Of a stretch of DNA of 27,592 bases, positions 1 through 8,607 are shown one piece after another. The position numbers and the translations under genes are program-made. Origin of the DNA: Candidatus Micrarchaeia archaeon. Its GTDB lineage: Archaea > Micrarchaeota > Micrarchaeia > Micrarchaeales > CABMGC01. Each line of letters begins with the position of its first letter. Positions within the stretch are counted from its first letter, which is position 1. The stretch is taken from assembly GCA_049966395.1 (NCBI GenBank), contig JBMFUT010000008.1, positions 1 to 27,592 of the forward strand. The letters are read 5' to 3'. The notes under the pieces are model-generated. The model was not told where the DNA came from. It worked only from the letters and a program-made list of their open reading frames with translations, and did no database searches.

Positions 1-1
1 G

Positions 2-55
2 CGGCGCAGCAAAAGGTTAATAAGGCGAAAAGTACAAATCATAGCGATTGAATGA
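2..55 (+). CDS. 3' end of upstream gene, possibly ribosomal protein eL20/LX (partial)
   Basis: Frame 2 reads RRSKRLIRRKVQIIAIE* and its stop overlaps the pfdA start (ATGA). LX usually precedes pfdA-ftsY in archaea. Only 17 codons are visible, and frame 1 (stop at 49-51) is an alternative. Confidence 0.3.
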   Translation, partial: RRSKRLIRRKVQIIAIE

Positions 56-492
56 CCGCACAAAACGTTGACATTTCCAATGAAGAGGAAGGCGAGAGGC
101 TCAGATACCTGCAAAGCGTATACGCGCAGGATTACGAAGGAATACTGGATACACTGTCAAATTACACCGCCATATCAGAAGCCGTAAGCAAAAACATAGA
201 GGTCCTCGGCAAGATGGACGAAATAAAGGACAAGAAAATACTGATGCATCTCGAGAGCGGAACCTACATAGAGACAAAGATTACAGACAGCAGCAAGGTG
301 CTTACCTACGTTGGCGCGGGGTACCTTGTAGAAAAAAGCATTGCAGACGCTAAGGCTTTTCTCGAGGAAAACGCAAAGCGCGGAAACGCTTTCATAGAGC
401 ACCTCAACTCGGAAAAGGAGAAGCTCGAGGGAGTGCTTCTAGACATAGCTTACAGGCTTGAAAGCATTGGGGGCGATGATGGGCATGTTTGA
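52..492 (+). CDS. pfdA: Prefoldin alpha subunit
   Basis: 146 aa; coiled coils flank the beta-hairpin core (ILMHLESGTYIE...VLTYVGAGYLVEKS); canonical position upstream of ftsY. Confidence 0.92.
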   Translation: MTAQNVDISNEEEGERLRYLQSVYAQDYEGILDTLSNYTAISEAVSKNIEVLGKMDEIKDKKILMHLESGTYIETKITDSSKVLTYVGAGYLVEKSIADAKAFLEENAKRGNAFIEHLNSEKEKLEGVLLDIAYRLESIGGDDGHV

Positions 493-1630
493 AGGCCTGA
501 AGAAAAAAATATCCGGCTTTGTAGGAGCTTTTGCTAAGAAGGAAGAGAGCGAAGAGATCAAAGAAGAAAAAAAGGAGCTTGAAAGCGTCGGCAGCGTGAA
601 AGAGGAACTGAAGGAAGTTGAAAAAAAAGAAAGCACAACTGAAGATTTAACTGACGAGCGCAAGGAGAAGCGGCCTGAAGACGCGAGAAGCAATGAGCAA
701 AAAGCCGCGAGGACGGCGGCTCAAAAAATAGATTCCAGGCTCTCTTTCGCAACAAGGGCAAAGAGCGTATTCTTGAAAAAGGTAACCATAAAGGAAGCCG
801 ATGTTGATGACCTTGCCGAACAGCTAAGGCTCACGCTGCTTGAGGCTAATGTTGGATACGACGTGGCTGAGAAATTTACAGAAAACCTGAAGCGCAGGCT
901 TGTTGGAATGTCGGTGGATTCTAGCAGTATAAAAGAAGAGATAAGAAGCGGCGTGAAAAACGCGCTCTTGGAGGCGCTCTCTAAGGGCAATGGCATCGAC
1001 ATTGTAGAGCTTGCCAGAGCCAAGAGGGAACAAGGAGAACCGCTCAAGATAATGTTCATAGGGCCTAATGGGGCTGGAAAGACTACAACAATAGCAAAGG
1101 TCGCCAACCTTCTGATAAAGAGTGGTTTAAGATGTGTCATCGCGGCGGCAGACACCTTCAGGGCGGCGGCAATAGAACAGACGGTATTCCACGCGAATAA
1201 GCTCGGAATAGATGTAGTAAAAGGCAACTATGGCGCAGATCCGTCAAGCATAGCCTTCGACGCCATCTCTTTCGCCAAATCTCGCAAGATAGACGCAGTG
1301 CTAATAGATACGGCTGGCAGGCAGGAAACGAACAAGAGCCTGATAGAAGAGATCAAAAAAATGGTCAGGGTAGCTAAACCGGACCTCAAGATATTCGTCG
1401 GCGAGGGCATAGCGGGCAATAGCATACTTGACCAGGTAAAGGAGTTCAATGCTGCTGTGGGAATAGACGGCATAATACTTACAAAGCTTGACATAGACAC
1501 AAAGGGCGGAAGCACGCTTACAATACTAAGCGAAACCTCTGTGCCTATACTGTTCCTCGGCATCGGGGAGGGCTACGGGGATCTAGAACCTTATTCCCCA
1601 GAGAAGATAGCCGAAAGCATAGTTTCCTGA
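485..1630 (+). CDS. ftsY: SRP receptor GTPase FtsY
   Basis: GPNGAGKTTT, DTFRAAA, DTAGR and TKLD motifs; acidic N-terminal region; start taken as MFEGLKKK at 485. Confidence 0.97.
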   Translation: MFEGLKKKISGFVGAFAKKEESEEIKEEKKELESVGSVKEELKEVEKKESTTEDLTDERKEKRPEDARSNEQKAARTAAQKIDSRLSFATRAKSVFLKKVTIKEADVDDLAEQLRLTLLEANVGYDVAEKFTENLKRRLVGMSVDSSSIKEEIRSGVKNALLEALSKGNGIDIVELARAKREQGEPLKIMFIGPNGAGKTTTIAKVANLLIKSGLRCVIAAADTFRAAAIEQTVFHANKLGIDVVKGNYGADPSSIAFDAISFAKSRKIDAVLIDTAGRQETNKSLIEEIKKMVRVAKPDLKIFVGEGIAGNSILDQVKEFNAAVGIDGIILTKLDIDTKGGSTLTILSETSVPILFLGIGEGYGDLEPYSPEKIAESIVS

Positions 1631-1656
1631 ATTCGAGGCGGCGCGGCCAGATTATG

Positions 1657-1680
1657 AAAAAAATTCTTGAAAACTTTTTT
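1657..1680. terminator. Possible bidirectional T-tract terminator (A7...T6)
   Basis: aaaaaaattcttgaaaactttttt gives a T6 tract on plus (after ftsY) and a T7 tract on minus (after the putative omegaRNA). Confidence 0.35.
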
Positions 1681-1714
1681 ACTTGTTGGCAATTCTTGCC
1701 CTTGGGAGTGCGAC

Positions 1715-1860
1715 CGGCAATTGCACTGGCTATCGTGACATCCACTCACCCGTAAACGGTGTGGGCTTCCTTTGCATTCATGCGCTCACTGCACCCTGCA
1801 AAGGATGTGTTTTATCGGTTCTCAGTTCAGCGAGAACTGCCTCCTGTTAATTTGATCCCG
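1715..1860 (-). ncRNA. Putative TnpB omegaRNA/reRNA scaffold plus flanking guide (no tnpB in window)
   Basis: Hairpins GTTCTC/GAGAAC, TCCTTTGCA/TGCAAAGGA (9 bp perfect) and an imperfect terminal hairpin ending at TCAC (1735). A guide would begin GATAGCCAGTGCAATTGCCG. A TATA-like tract lies at 1911-1929. Confidence 0.5.
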
Positions 1861-1995
1861 GCGTACAATGGATTTGCAAGCACTTGCGATTTCACGATTA
1901 TATTGCAGTAAATTTATATATACTTATATCCACCAATTTAACCTTAAATGGGCAATTTGTCCGCGACCTTCCGGTAGCGCTCTTCTTGCGATAGA
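1735..1995 (-). mobile_element. Non-autonomous, internally deleted IS200/IS605-family (tnpB-type) element
   Basis: Minus strand ends GGAAGCCCACACCGTTTACGGGTGAGTGGATGTCAC, resembling tnpB right ends (GGAAGCCC-hairpin-GGATGTCAC, terminal TCAC). It is preceded by a short frame QEAVLAELRTDKTHPLQGAVSA* like a TnpB C-terminal tail. The left part is repeated at ~17320-17455. Confidence 0.65.
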
Positions 1996-2031
1996 TTAAA
2001 ATAATTCATTCTCAATATAGAAACGGTTAAA

Positions 2032-3282
2032 ATGCCTGACGTAAAGCTTAGCGCTAAGGACAAGAACGAAAGGCTGCTAGTACTTGCTGTCGACATAGAC
2101 AATGACTTGTACAGGAAGACAAGAATAAGCGGCCCTGTGCTGGGCAGGGTGCAGAACCTTAATGCAGCGACCCAGCTTGCCCTTGCCGATCCTGAAGAGA
2201 CTGATGCAAACACAATGTTCGAGGCGGTGAAGCTTTATGACGACCTGAAGAAAGAGGGCTACACTGTCAACGTTGCAACAATAACAGGGGCAGAGACGGA
2301 AGGTTACAGCGCCGACAGGGAGATATCAAGGCAGCTCGACCTTACACTTGCGCAATACAAGTCAGACGCCTGCATTTTCGTGACCGACGGCGCCAGCGAT
2401 GAAAGAGTACTGCCTATAATAGAATCTAGGATAAAAATAAACGGCGTAAGAGTAGTAACGATGAAGCAGGCTGAGAAGCTGGAGAGCACTTATTTTGTAA
2501 TACTTGAAAAGCTCAAGGATCCCCACTATGCTAGGATTATCTTCGGCATACCCGCCTTGCTGCTGCTGCTTTTTGCAATAAGCTATGTGCTAGGCGCGGG
2601 ATGGGAGGCTCCTGTTGCGATAATAGGGGCGTACCTTTTGGTAAAGGGATTCGGCCTTGAAGACGCGCTTCTGAGCTCTTTCAGGGGCTTCGGATTCAGC
2701 ATAGACAGAATGAGCTTTGTATTTTACCTTGGCTCTATTGTGTTCTTCACAGCGAGCTTGTTCATAGCTTATGGCAACTACGCTTCTGAAGCGCAGATAA
2801 CTTCCAACCAACTTACAATATGGGCTTACACCATAGAAGGGTTCCTGCTTCTGCTGCCTTTCGTGCTGGTAATATACTTGCTGGGCAGGATAATAGATGT
2901 AAAAGGGGGCAGATATATTTTCAGAAGCTTCAAGTACGGCACATACATTGGTTCATCTATAATACTTTGGGTAATGCTCTACGCTTTCGTAGCTTGGATA
3001 ATAGGCCAGATATACTTCAGCCAGCTCCTGCTCTTTACTACTGTGGCTGTGCTTCTTGGCATAGGCATATCGCTCTTCACAGGCTACCTGAGGAGAAGAT
3101 CCTTGAAGTCAAAAAGGCTAAAGGACAAGGTTGTAGTAAACGAACTCGGCGCGCTCATAGGCAAGATAGCAAATGTAGACATAAGAAGAGGGGACATCGT
3201 AGTTAACACCAGTTTCGGCAACCCGATAAGGTACACTGTGGACAGGATAGTCGATGTTTCTGACAAAGTAGTAATAAAATAG
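2032..3282 (+). CDS. DUF373-family membrane protein with C-terminal PRC-barrel-like domain
   Basis: LVLAVDIDNDL..K, DPEETDAN and VTDGASDE motifs typical of DUF373; about 6 TM segments; C-terminal LKDKVVVNELGALIGKIANV...IVDVSDKVVIK fits the PRC-barrel pattern. Confidence 0.82.
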   Translation: MPDVKLSAKDKNERLLVLAVDIDNDLYRKTRISGPVLGRVQNLNAATQLALADPEETDANTMFEAVKLYDDLKKEGYTVNVATITGAETEGYSADREISRQLDLTLAQYKSDACIFVTDGASDERVLPIIESRIKINGVRVVTMKQAEKLESTYFVILEKLKDPHYARIIFGIPALLLLLFAISYVLGAGWEAPVAIIGAYLLVKGFGLEDALLSSFRGFGFSIDRMSFVFYLGSIVFFTASLFIAYGNYASEAQITSNQLTIWAYTIEGFLLLLPFVLVIYLLGRIIDVKGGRYIFRSFKYGTYIGSSIILWVMLYAFVAWIIGQIYFSQLLLFTTVAVLLGIGISLFTGYLRRRSLKSKRLKDKVVVNELGALIGKIANVDIRRGDIVVNTSFGNPIRYTVDRIVDVSDKVVIK

Positions 3283-3284
3283 AT

Positions 3285-3920
3285 TTACTTTGCTGCTTCC
3301 CTTAGTATGCGCTCGGCAAGCCGCTTAATCTCGCGATTCACCCTTACTATGCACACTCCTTTTGACGGCACTCCGTAAAGCACCACGGATCCTTCCTTTG
3401 CAAGATAGACGCACACGAGCGTGGCTAGGTCCTCCTCCCCGTCAACTTGTATTGCATTTACGTTTCTGTCAGCCAGCGCGGCTGATATGGTGTTCCAAAG
3501 GTCTATGGTTATGCGCCCTGGAGGGTTGCTTACTATCTTCCTCTGCTTGTAATTAGCCAGTATGCGAAGCTTTATGTTGAGCTTTCTCTCTACTTTCAAA
3601 TCGAATATGGCAAGGTCAGGCTTTATTCCAAGTCCTAGCAGATTGTCTGTGGTTTCGTCTCCTACCGAAATAACGAAATTGCTTCCAGACAGCTGCCTGG
3701 GTATGTCGTTTATGTTTAATATTTCGCCAAAGGCGTTAGAAAGAACTTCGCGCAACTCGTCTGGTATTAGCAGATCCTTTTTGGGTCTGAACTTGTCTAT
3801 ATGCAAATGCAATATGCCATTTCTTGATTGCATTTCATCTGCTGCCGCGAAACCGATGGCTTTTATGCCGCATGCGCAATTGGCACATGCAAAACCGCAC
3901 GTGCAAATTGGCGGCGCCAT
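3285..3920 (-). CDS. GTP-dependent dephospho-CoA kinase (DUF359 family); start could be 3833
   Basis: SVGD, DLKVER, NPPGRIT, VDGEEDLATL and VLYGVP..G motifs of DUF359. Confidence 0.88.
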   Translation of the reverse strand: MAPPICTCGFACANCACGIKAIGFAAADEMQSRNGILHLHIDKFRPKKDLLIPDELREVLSNAFGEILNINDIPRQLSGSNFVISVGDETTDNLLGLGIKPDLAIFDLKVERKLNIKLRILANYKQRKIVSNPPGRITIDLWNTISAALADRNVNAIQVDGEEDLATLVCVYLAKEGSVVLYGVPSKGVCIVRVNREIKRLAERILREAAK

Positions 3921-4032
3921 GCAACTTTTGCCGCAGTCTCACGCTATTAAATACCTTTCCATTAGAAACTTATTAATACCTTAGCATGTATAAATACAAA
4001 ACAATATTAATGCTTTCAGCGAATTTATTACT

Positions 4033-4368
4033 ATGGCTGAGGCATTTGTTGACGTCGATTCCAAATCGCTTGGCGGCGCGTACAACAACAAGAACATAGT
4101 AATAAGCGAGCTCATAGGGCTCAGGGCAAAAGTGCTGAAATGCCTCGATAAAAAACAAGAAGGATTAGAAGGCATTGTCTTGGATGAAACCAAGGGCACG
4201 TTGCTTTTAGATGTTGAGGGCAAAAGAGTAAGGGTGGTAAAGAAAACTGCGACGTTCAGGTTTTATGCAGGAAGCAAGTCGTTTGTTGTAGAGGGCAACG
4301 AGATAAACTTCAGGGCGTCGGAAAGGTTAGAAAAATCTTTAAAGTTTTACAAGAAAAGAAAATTGTGA
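4033..4368 (+). CDS. rnp1: RNase P protein subunit Rpp29/Pop4
   Basis: [19 protein letters not shown] and R..ERL motifs; canonical position before uS17. Confidence 0.92.
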   Translation: MAEAFVDVDSKSLGGAYNNKNIVISELIGLRAKVLKCLDKKQEGLEGIVLDETKGTLLLDVEGKRVRVVKKTATFRFYAGSKSFVVEGNEINFRASERLEKSLKFYKKRKL

Positions 4369-4673
4369 GTGGTTTATTGGCTGAAGAATGCAACGATCCA
4401 AACTGCGCCGTTCACGGCAGCATAAAGACCAGGGGGCTTGAACTCACTGGCACTGTGGTGAGCAGCAAAGCGAAGAAGACGGCTATAGTAGAGAGAGATC
4501 TTACAATATACATGCACAAATACGAAAGGTACATGAGGCGCAAGTCGAGAATTGCGGCTCACAATCCGGACTGCATATCTGCGAAGCCTGGAGACATAGT
4601 CAAAATAGCGGAAACCAGGAAGATAAGCAAGACTAAATCTTTCGTGATAACCGCGGTGCTGAAAAGAGCTTAA
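4365..4673 (+). CDS. rps17: 30S ribosomal protein uS17
   Basis: [29 protein letters not shown] start. Confidence 0.97.
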   Translation: MSGLLAEECNDPNCAVHGSIKTRGLELTGTVVSSKAKKTAIVERDLTIYMHKYERYMRRKSRIAAHNPDCISAKPGDIVKIAETRKISKTKSFVITAVLKRA

Positions 4674-4683
4674 AGGTAATTTT

Positions 4684-5082
4684 ATGAAGGGCGTTTCTTC
4701 CAAAATATCCAAAAGTCTCGTGCCTGGCGCAATAATAAATTGCGCAGACAACAGCGGAGCCCTTTTGTTCAAGATGGTGCACATAGTGGGCAAAGGCGGC
4801 AGAAAGGGCAGGATGTCTGCCGCAGGGATAGGCGACGTTGTTATAGCGAGCGTAAAAAAGGGTTCGCAGAATTACATCAAAAAGCCGGTAAGGGTGCTGA
4901 TAATAAGGCAGAAGGACGAAATAAGGCGCCCAAACGGAATGAGGGTAATGTTTGAAGACAATGCTGGCATAATGATAGGCGAAGACAACTTGCCCATAGC
5001 AACTGAGGTGAAGGGGGCTATGGCGAGGGAGGTAGTAGAGAGATACGTGAAGGTAGCCGGAGTAGCTTCGAGGGTAGTTTGA
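4684..5082 (+). CDS. rpl14: 50S ribosomal protein uL14
   Basis: CADNSGA, RRPNG..V.FEDNA. Confidence 0.97.
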   Translation: MKGVSSKISKSLVPGAIINCADNSGALLFKMVHIVGKGGRKGRMSAAGIGDVVIASVKKGSQNYIKKPVRVLIIRQKDEIRRPNGMRVMFEDNAGIMIGEDNLPIATEVKGAMAREVVERYVKVAGVASRVV

Positions 5083-5462
5083 TGATTATCAGCAGCAAGC
5101 CTAGAAAGCAGAGGGAATTCAGGTACAACGCGCCAATGCACGTCAGGCAGAAATTCATTCATGCGCATGTATCTAAGGAGCTCAAGGAAAAGATGGGCAT
5201 ATCAAAAAGGAGCATGCCGGTCAGGAAAGGAGACACTGTGAAAGTGGTGAAGGGCAAATTCAAGGGCAAGACAGGCAAAGTAAGCGAAGTGAGCCTGAGA
5301 AAAAACGCGGTTTACATAGAGGGCATATCAAGAAAGAAATCGAAGGGCAAGGAATTGCTTCTGCCGATAAGCCCCTCCAACTTGTATTTGATTGACTTGG
5401 ATCTGAGCGACAAGAACCGGAAGGCAAAGATAAATTCGCTCAAGTCTGCAGTGAAAAAGTGA
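5082..5462 (+). CDS. rpl24: 50S ribosomal protein uL24
   Basis: SSKPRKQR..YNAP, KOW motif VRKGDTVKVVKGKFKG. Confidence 0.97.
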   Translation: MIISSKPRKQREFRYNAPMHVRQKFIHAHVSKELKEKMGISKRSMPVRKGDTVKVVKGKFKGKTGKVSEVSLRKNAVYIEGISRKKSKGKELLLPISPSNLYLIDLDLSDKNRKAKINSLKSAVKK

Positions 5463-5466
5463 TGAG

Positions 5467-6135
5467 ATGGCAAACAAAGGCAACAGCAGGCACCTGAAGA
5501 GGCTGGCTGCGAGTAATTACATCAGGATAAGCAGAAAGGTCGCAACTTATGTAACCAAGCCAGGACCGGGGAGGCACAAAAAGGAGCGCAGCATCGCTAT
5601 AGTGACTCTCATAAAAGAAAAGCTCGGTTACGCCAGGAATTCTGACGAGGCGAGGAAGATAATAAAGGCAGGAATTGTAAAGGTGAACGGAAAGAAAATA
5701 AGGGAGGAAAAATACCCTGTAGGATATGGGGATTTCATAGAGCTTGGCAAGGATGTATTCCGCATAGATGTAGACAAGAAAGGAGCAATAAACCTGGAAA
5801 AAGGAGGGGCAGAAAGCCAGGTGCACAAGGTAATAGGCAAGTACATAGCAAAGAAGGGCAAGGTAATGCTTAGGATATACAATGGGGATATTATCGAGGG
5901 CAGCAACGATGCCAAGGTCGGGGATTCTGTAATATTGTCGAATGGCAAAATAAGCAAGGTGCTCAAAATGGAAAAGGGCGCCAAGTGCAAGGTGATATCA
6001 GGCATACACTCCTCAGTTGTTGGAGTTGTTGATGATATCAGCCCTGGCAGCGCCTCTAGAGAAAGCATTGTGAAAATAGAGAGCGGCGGAAAAACCTTCG
6101 AGACCGTCGCGAGCAACGTAATGGTAATAGGCTAG
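5467..6135 (+). CDS. rps4e: 30S ribosomal protein eS4
   Basis: HLKRLAA, PGPGRH, S4 domain, YPVGYGD. Confidence 0.96.
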   Translation: MANKGNSRHLKRLAASNYIRISRKVATYVTKPGPGRHKKERSIAIVTLIKEKLGYARNSDEARKIIKAGIVKVNGKKIREEKYPVGYGDFIELGKDVFRIDVDKKGAINLEKGGAESQVHKVIGKYIAKKGKVMLRIYNGDIIEGSNDAKVGDSVILSNGKISKVLKMEKGAKCKVISGIHSSVVGVVDDISPGSASRESIVKIESGGKTFETVASNVMVIG

Positions 6136-6143
6136 GTGCTCAG

Positions 6144-6659
6144 ATGAACAAGATGGCTGACGTTTATTTGGAAAAGCTTGTGCTCAACATAGGCATAGGC
6201 CAGAATGAGCAGGGATATAACAGCGCTAAGGCTCTGCTTGAGAAGCTCACTGGCCACACTGCCACACAGACAAGAGCAAAAAAGAGGGATCCGTCGCTTA
6301 AACTGAAGAAAGGGCAGGTAATAGGCGCGATGGTTACTCTGCGCAAGGAAGACGCTGTCAAGATGCTTGGCAGGGCTCTTGATGCAGTTAACAATTCTAT
6401 AAAGGAAAGTTCAATAACAGACAACTCGCTGAGTTTCGGCATAAAGGAATATATAGATTTCTCTGGAATAAAATACGACCCCAAGATAGGAATGCTCGGG
6501 ATGAACGTCAACGCGACTTTCTCAAGGAAAGGCAAGAGGGTTGCATTGAAAAGGAGGGCAAGAGGGGTAATCAAGAGATCTCATGCCACAGTAGGCGCCG
6601 AAGAGATAGCGAAATTCCTGAAGGATAATTTCAACGCCAAGATAGGAGCGGAACAGTGA
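6144..6659 (+). CDS. rpl5: 50S ribosomal protein uL5
   Basis: [35 protein letters not shown]. Confidence 0.97.
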   Translation: MNKMADVYLEKLVLNIGIGQNEQGYNSAKALLEKLTGHTATQTRAKKRDPSLKLKKGQVIGAMVTLRKEDAVKMLGRALDAVNNSIKESSITDNSLSFGIKEYIDFSGIKYDPKIGMLGMNVNATFSRKGKRVALKRRARGVIKRSHATVGAEEIAKFLKDNFNAKIGAEQ

Positions 6660-6669
6660 AGTGAATTTG

Positions 6670-6828
6670 ATGAAAGTTAGATATGAACTTAGGAGGAAGG
6701 GCAAAGGGCTTAGGAAGTGCAAGATATGCGGCACTTCGCGAGGCTTGATAAGGAGCTACGATCTTTACATATGCAGAAGATGCTTCAGAGAAGTTGCGAA
6801 GGATCTCGGTTTCAAGAAACTTTCATAG
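6670..6828 (+). CDS. rps14: 30S ribosomal protein uS14 (zinc-binding), absent from the ORF track (52 aa)
   Basis: Hand translation [52 protein letters not shown]; two CxxC motifs; lies between uL5 and uS8. Confidence 0.96.
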   Translation: MKVRYELRRKGKGLRKCKICGTSRGLIRSYDLYICRRCFREVAKDLGFKKLS

Positions 6829-6835
6829 TGGTTTG

Positions 6836-7216
6836 ATGGATCAGCTAGCGGACGCGGCAAACAAGGTAAAAATGTACGATTCCCTGGGCAAGGACTTCTG
6901 CATAGTGCCAGACACCAAGCTCATAAGGAGCGTGATGGAAGTTATAAAGAAGAGCGGCTACATTGCAGGGTACGAAGAGGTCAAGGAGGGGAAGTTCAAG
7001 ACGCTCAAAGTAATTTTAGCCAGGAAGATAAATGACTTCGGGGTAGTAAAGCCTAGGTTCGCTGTTGGAATAGAAGACTACCAGAAATTCGAAGCAAGGT
7101 TCATACCAAGCAAGGACTTTGGCGTCCTAATAATTTCCACTCCGGAAGGGATAATGACAAACGAGGAGGCGAAGGAAAAGCACATGGGCGGCAGGCTCAT
7201 AGCTTATATTTATTAG
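6836..7216 (+). CDS. rps8: 30S ribosomal protein uS8
   Basis: MDQLADA, IN..GVVKPRF, IISTPEGIMT..EA...GG.LIAYIY; start at ATG 6836. Confidence 0.96.
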   Translation: MDQLADAANKVKMYDSLGKDFCIVPDTKLIRSVMEVIKKSGYIAGYEEVKEGKFKTLKVILARKINDFGVVKPRFAVGIEDYQKFEARFIPSKDFGVLIISTPEGIMTNEEAKEKHMGGRLIAYIY

Positions 7217-7227
7217 CAGTTGATCCT

Positions 7228-7752
7228 ATGCAAGAAATAGAAATACCGCAAGGCATCGAGGCAAGCATCAGCGGAAGCAACATAGTATTAAAGGGCAAAG
7301 CAGGATCTGCTAAGAAGGAGTTCAATGGCAAATTCGTTAATATCAAGATAGAAGGAAATAAGGTCGTGATAGCTTCTACTGAAGAGAAGAAGCTCAAAAG
7401 GAAGGGAATGATGATAGAGAAGGCCCTGGCGGGAGAAATCAAGTCGATGATAGAATCTGTTACCAATAAGTCTGTCAAGAAGATGAAGGTGCTTTTCGCG
7501 CATTTCCCAATGTCGCTTGAAGTAAGCGGCAACATCCTCTACATAAAGAACATATTTGGAGAAAGAGTGCCTAGGGCAGCAAAGATAGTTGGCGATACAA
7601 AGGTTGAAATTAAGGGGCAGGACATAACTGTAAGCGGCCCAGACCCGTATGACGTGGGCCAGACTGTCGCGAACATAAGAAAGGCATGCTACGTCAAGAA
7701 CAAAGATACAAGAGTTTTCCAGGACGGAATGTACGTTGTCAATGAGGAATGA
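7228..7752 (+). CDS. rpl6: 50S ribosomal protein uL6
   Basis: AHFPM, NIFGE..PR, VGQTVANI, D.RVFQDG.Y. Confidence 0.97.
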   Translation: MQEIEIPQGIEASISGSNIVLKGKAGSAKKEFNGKFVNIKIEGNKVVIASTEEKKLKRKGMMIEKALAGEIKSMIESVTNKSVKKMKVLFAHFPMSLEVSGNILYIKNIFGERVPRAAKIVGDTKVEIKGQDITVSGPDPYDVGQTVANIRKACYVKNKDTRVFQDGMYVVNEE

Positions 7753-7756
7753 TCAA

Positions 7757-8113
7757 ATGGCTTTAAAGAAAAGGCATCCAAGGTTTGTAGTGCCGAACTA
7801 CGGCGCAAAACACCGCGCAAGGGTAAAGGACAGATGGAGAAAGCAGCGCGGCACTGACAACAAGAAGAGGAGGAAATACAGCGGCTACGGGGCGCTGCCG
7901 GGAATAGGGTACAAGAACAGCGACAGCGTAAGATTCTCAAGACCCGACGGCTCAATAGAGATGCTTGTGCACAATGACGGCGAATTGATTAAGGCTATAG
8001 AGGCAGGCTACGCGATAAGGTTCTCCCACAGCATTTCTGCAAGGAAGAGAATGGCAATGCAGCGCATAGCAGACGCTAAGGCGGCGAAGATTGTGAATAG
8101 GGTGAACAGATGA
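7757..8113 (+). CDS. rpl32e: 50S ribosomal protein eL32
   Basis: WRKQRGTDNKKR, P.IGY, RPDG, LVHN. Confidence 0.95.
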   Translation: MALKKRHPRFVVPNYGAKHRARVKDRWRKQRGTDNKKRRKYSGYGALPGIGYKNSDSVRFSRPDGSIEMLVHNDGELIKAIEAGYAIRFSHSISARKRMAMQRIADAKAAKIVNRVNR

Positions 8114-8601
8114 GCATAAGATTCGTGAAAAGGATTGCAAGCGACATTATCGGCAGGGGAGAGAGCGCCATAAGGATAAAGCCGTCAGCAATGGATGACG
8201 CAAAGAAGGCCATAACAAGGGATGACATAAGGAAGCTTATTCAAAACGGAAGTATCTTTGCAGTCCAGCCTAAGCACAACATAAGCATGAACTCTAAGAT
8301 ATTAAAGAAGAAAAGGGCAGAAGGAAGGCGCAGAGGCCCCGGAAGGAGAAAGGGCAGCAGGAAGGCGAGAGGAGGCATAAGTTGGGAAAAGAGAGTGAGG
8401 GCTCAAAGAATGCTGCTTAAGGAGCTTAAGAACGAGGGCAAGATAGACACTAGGAACTTCGGAAAGTTTTACGCGCTCATAAAAGGGAACATGTTCCCAA
8501 ACAAAGCCTCACTGATACTGCACATAAGAGACAGCGGAATACAAATAACAGATGAAGAAATTGCAAAGGTCGAAGAGGCAATAAGGAATAGCTACAGGTG
8601 A
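8110..8601 (+). CDS. rpl19e: 50S ribosomal protein eL19
   Basis: AITRDDIRKLI, GRRRGPGRRKG, W..RVRAQR, KGNMF. Confidence 0.97.
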   Translation: MSIRFVKRIASDIIGRGESAIRIKPSAMDDAKKAITRDDIRKLIQNGSIFAVQPKHNISMNSKILKKKRAEGRRRGPGRRKGSRKARGGISWEKRVRAQRMLLKELKNEGKIDTRNFGKFYALIKGNMFPNKASLILHIRDSGIQITDEEIAKVEEAIRNSYR

Positions 8602-8607
8602 TTTTGA

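Noticed and set aside
1686..1734. HDV-like ribozyme downstream of the omegaRNA
   Set aside because: Could not assemble the nested double pseudoknot or the catalytic C junction by eye.
1631..2031. SRP (7S) RNA next to ftsY, prompted by CCGGAAGG on minus at ~1967-1974
   Set aside because: The helix 8 context (CAGG...GGAA...AGCA) and the long terminal helix are absent; tnpB-end features explain the region better.
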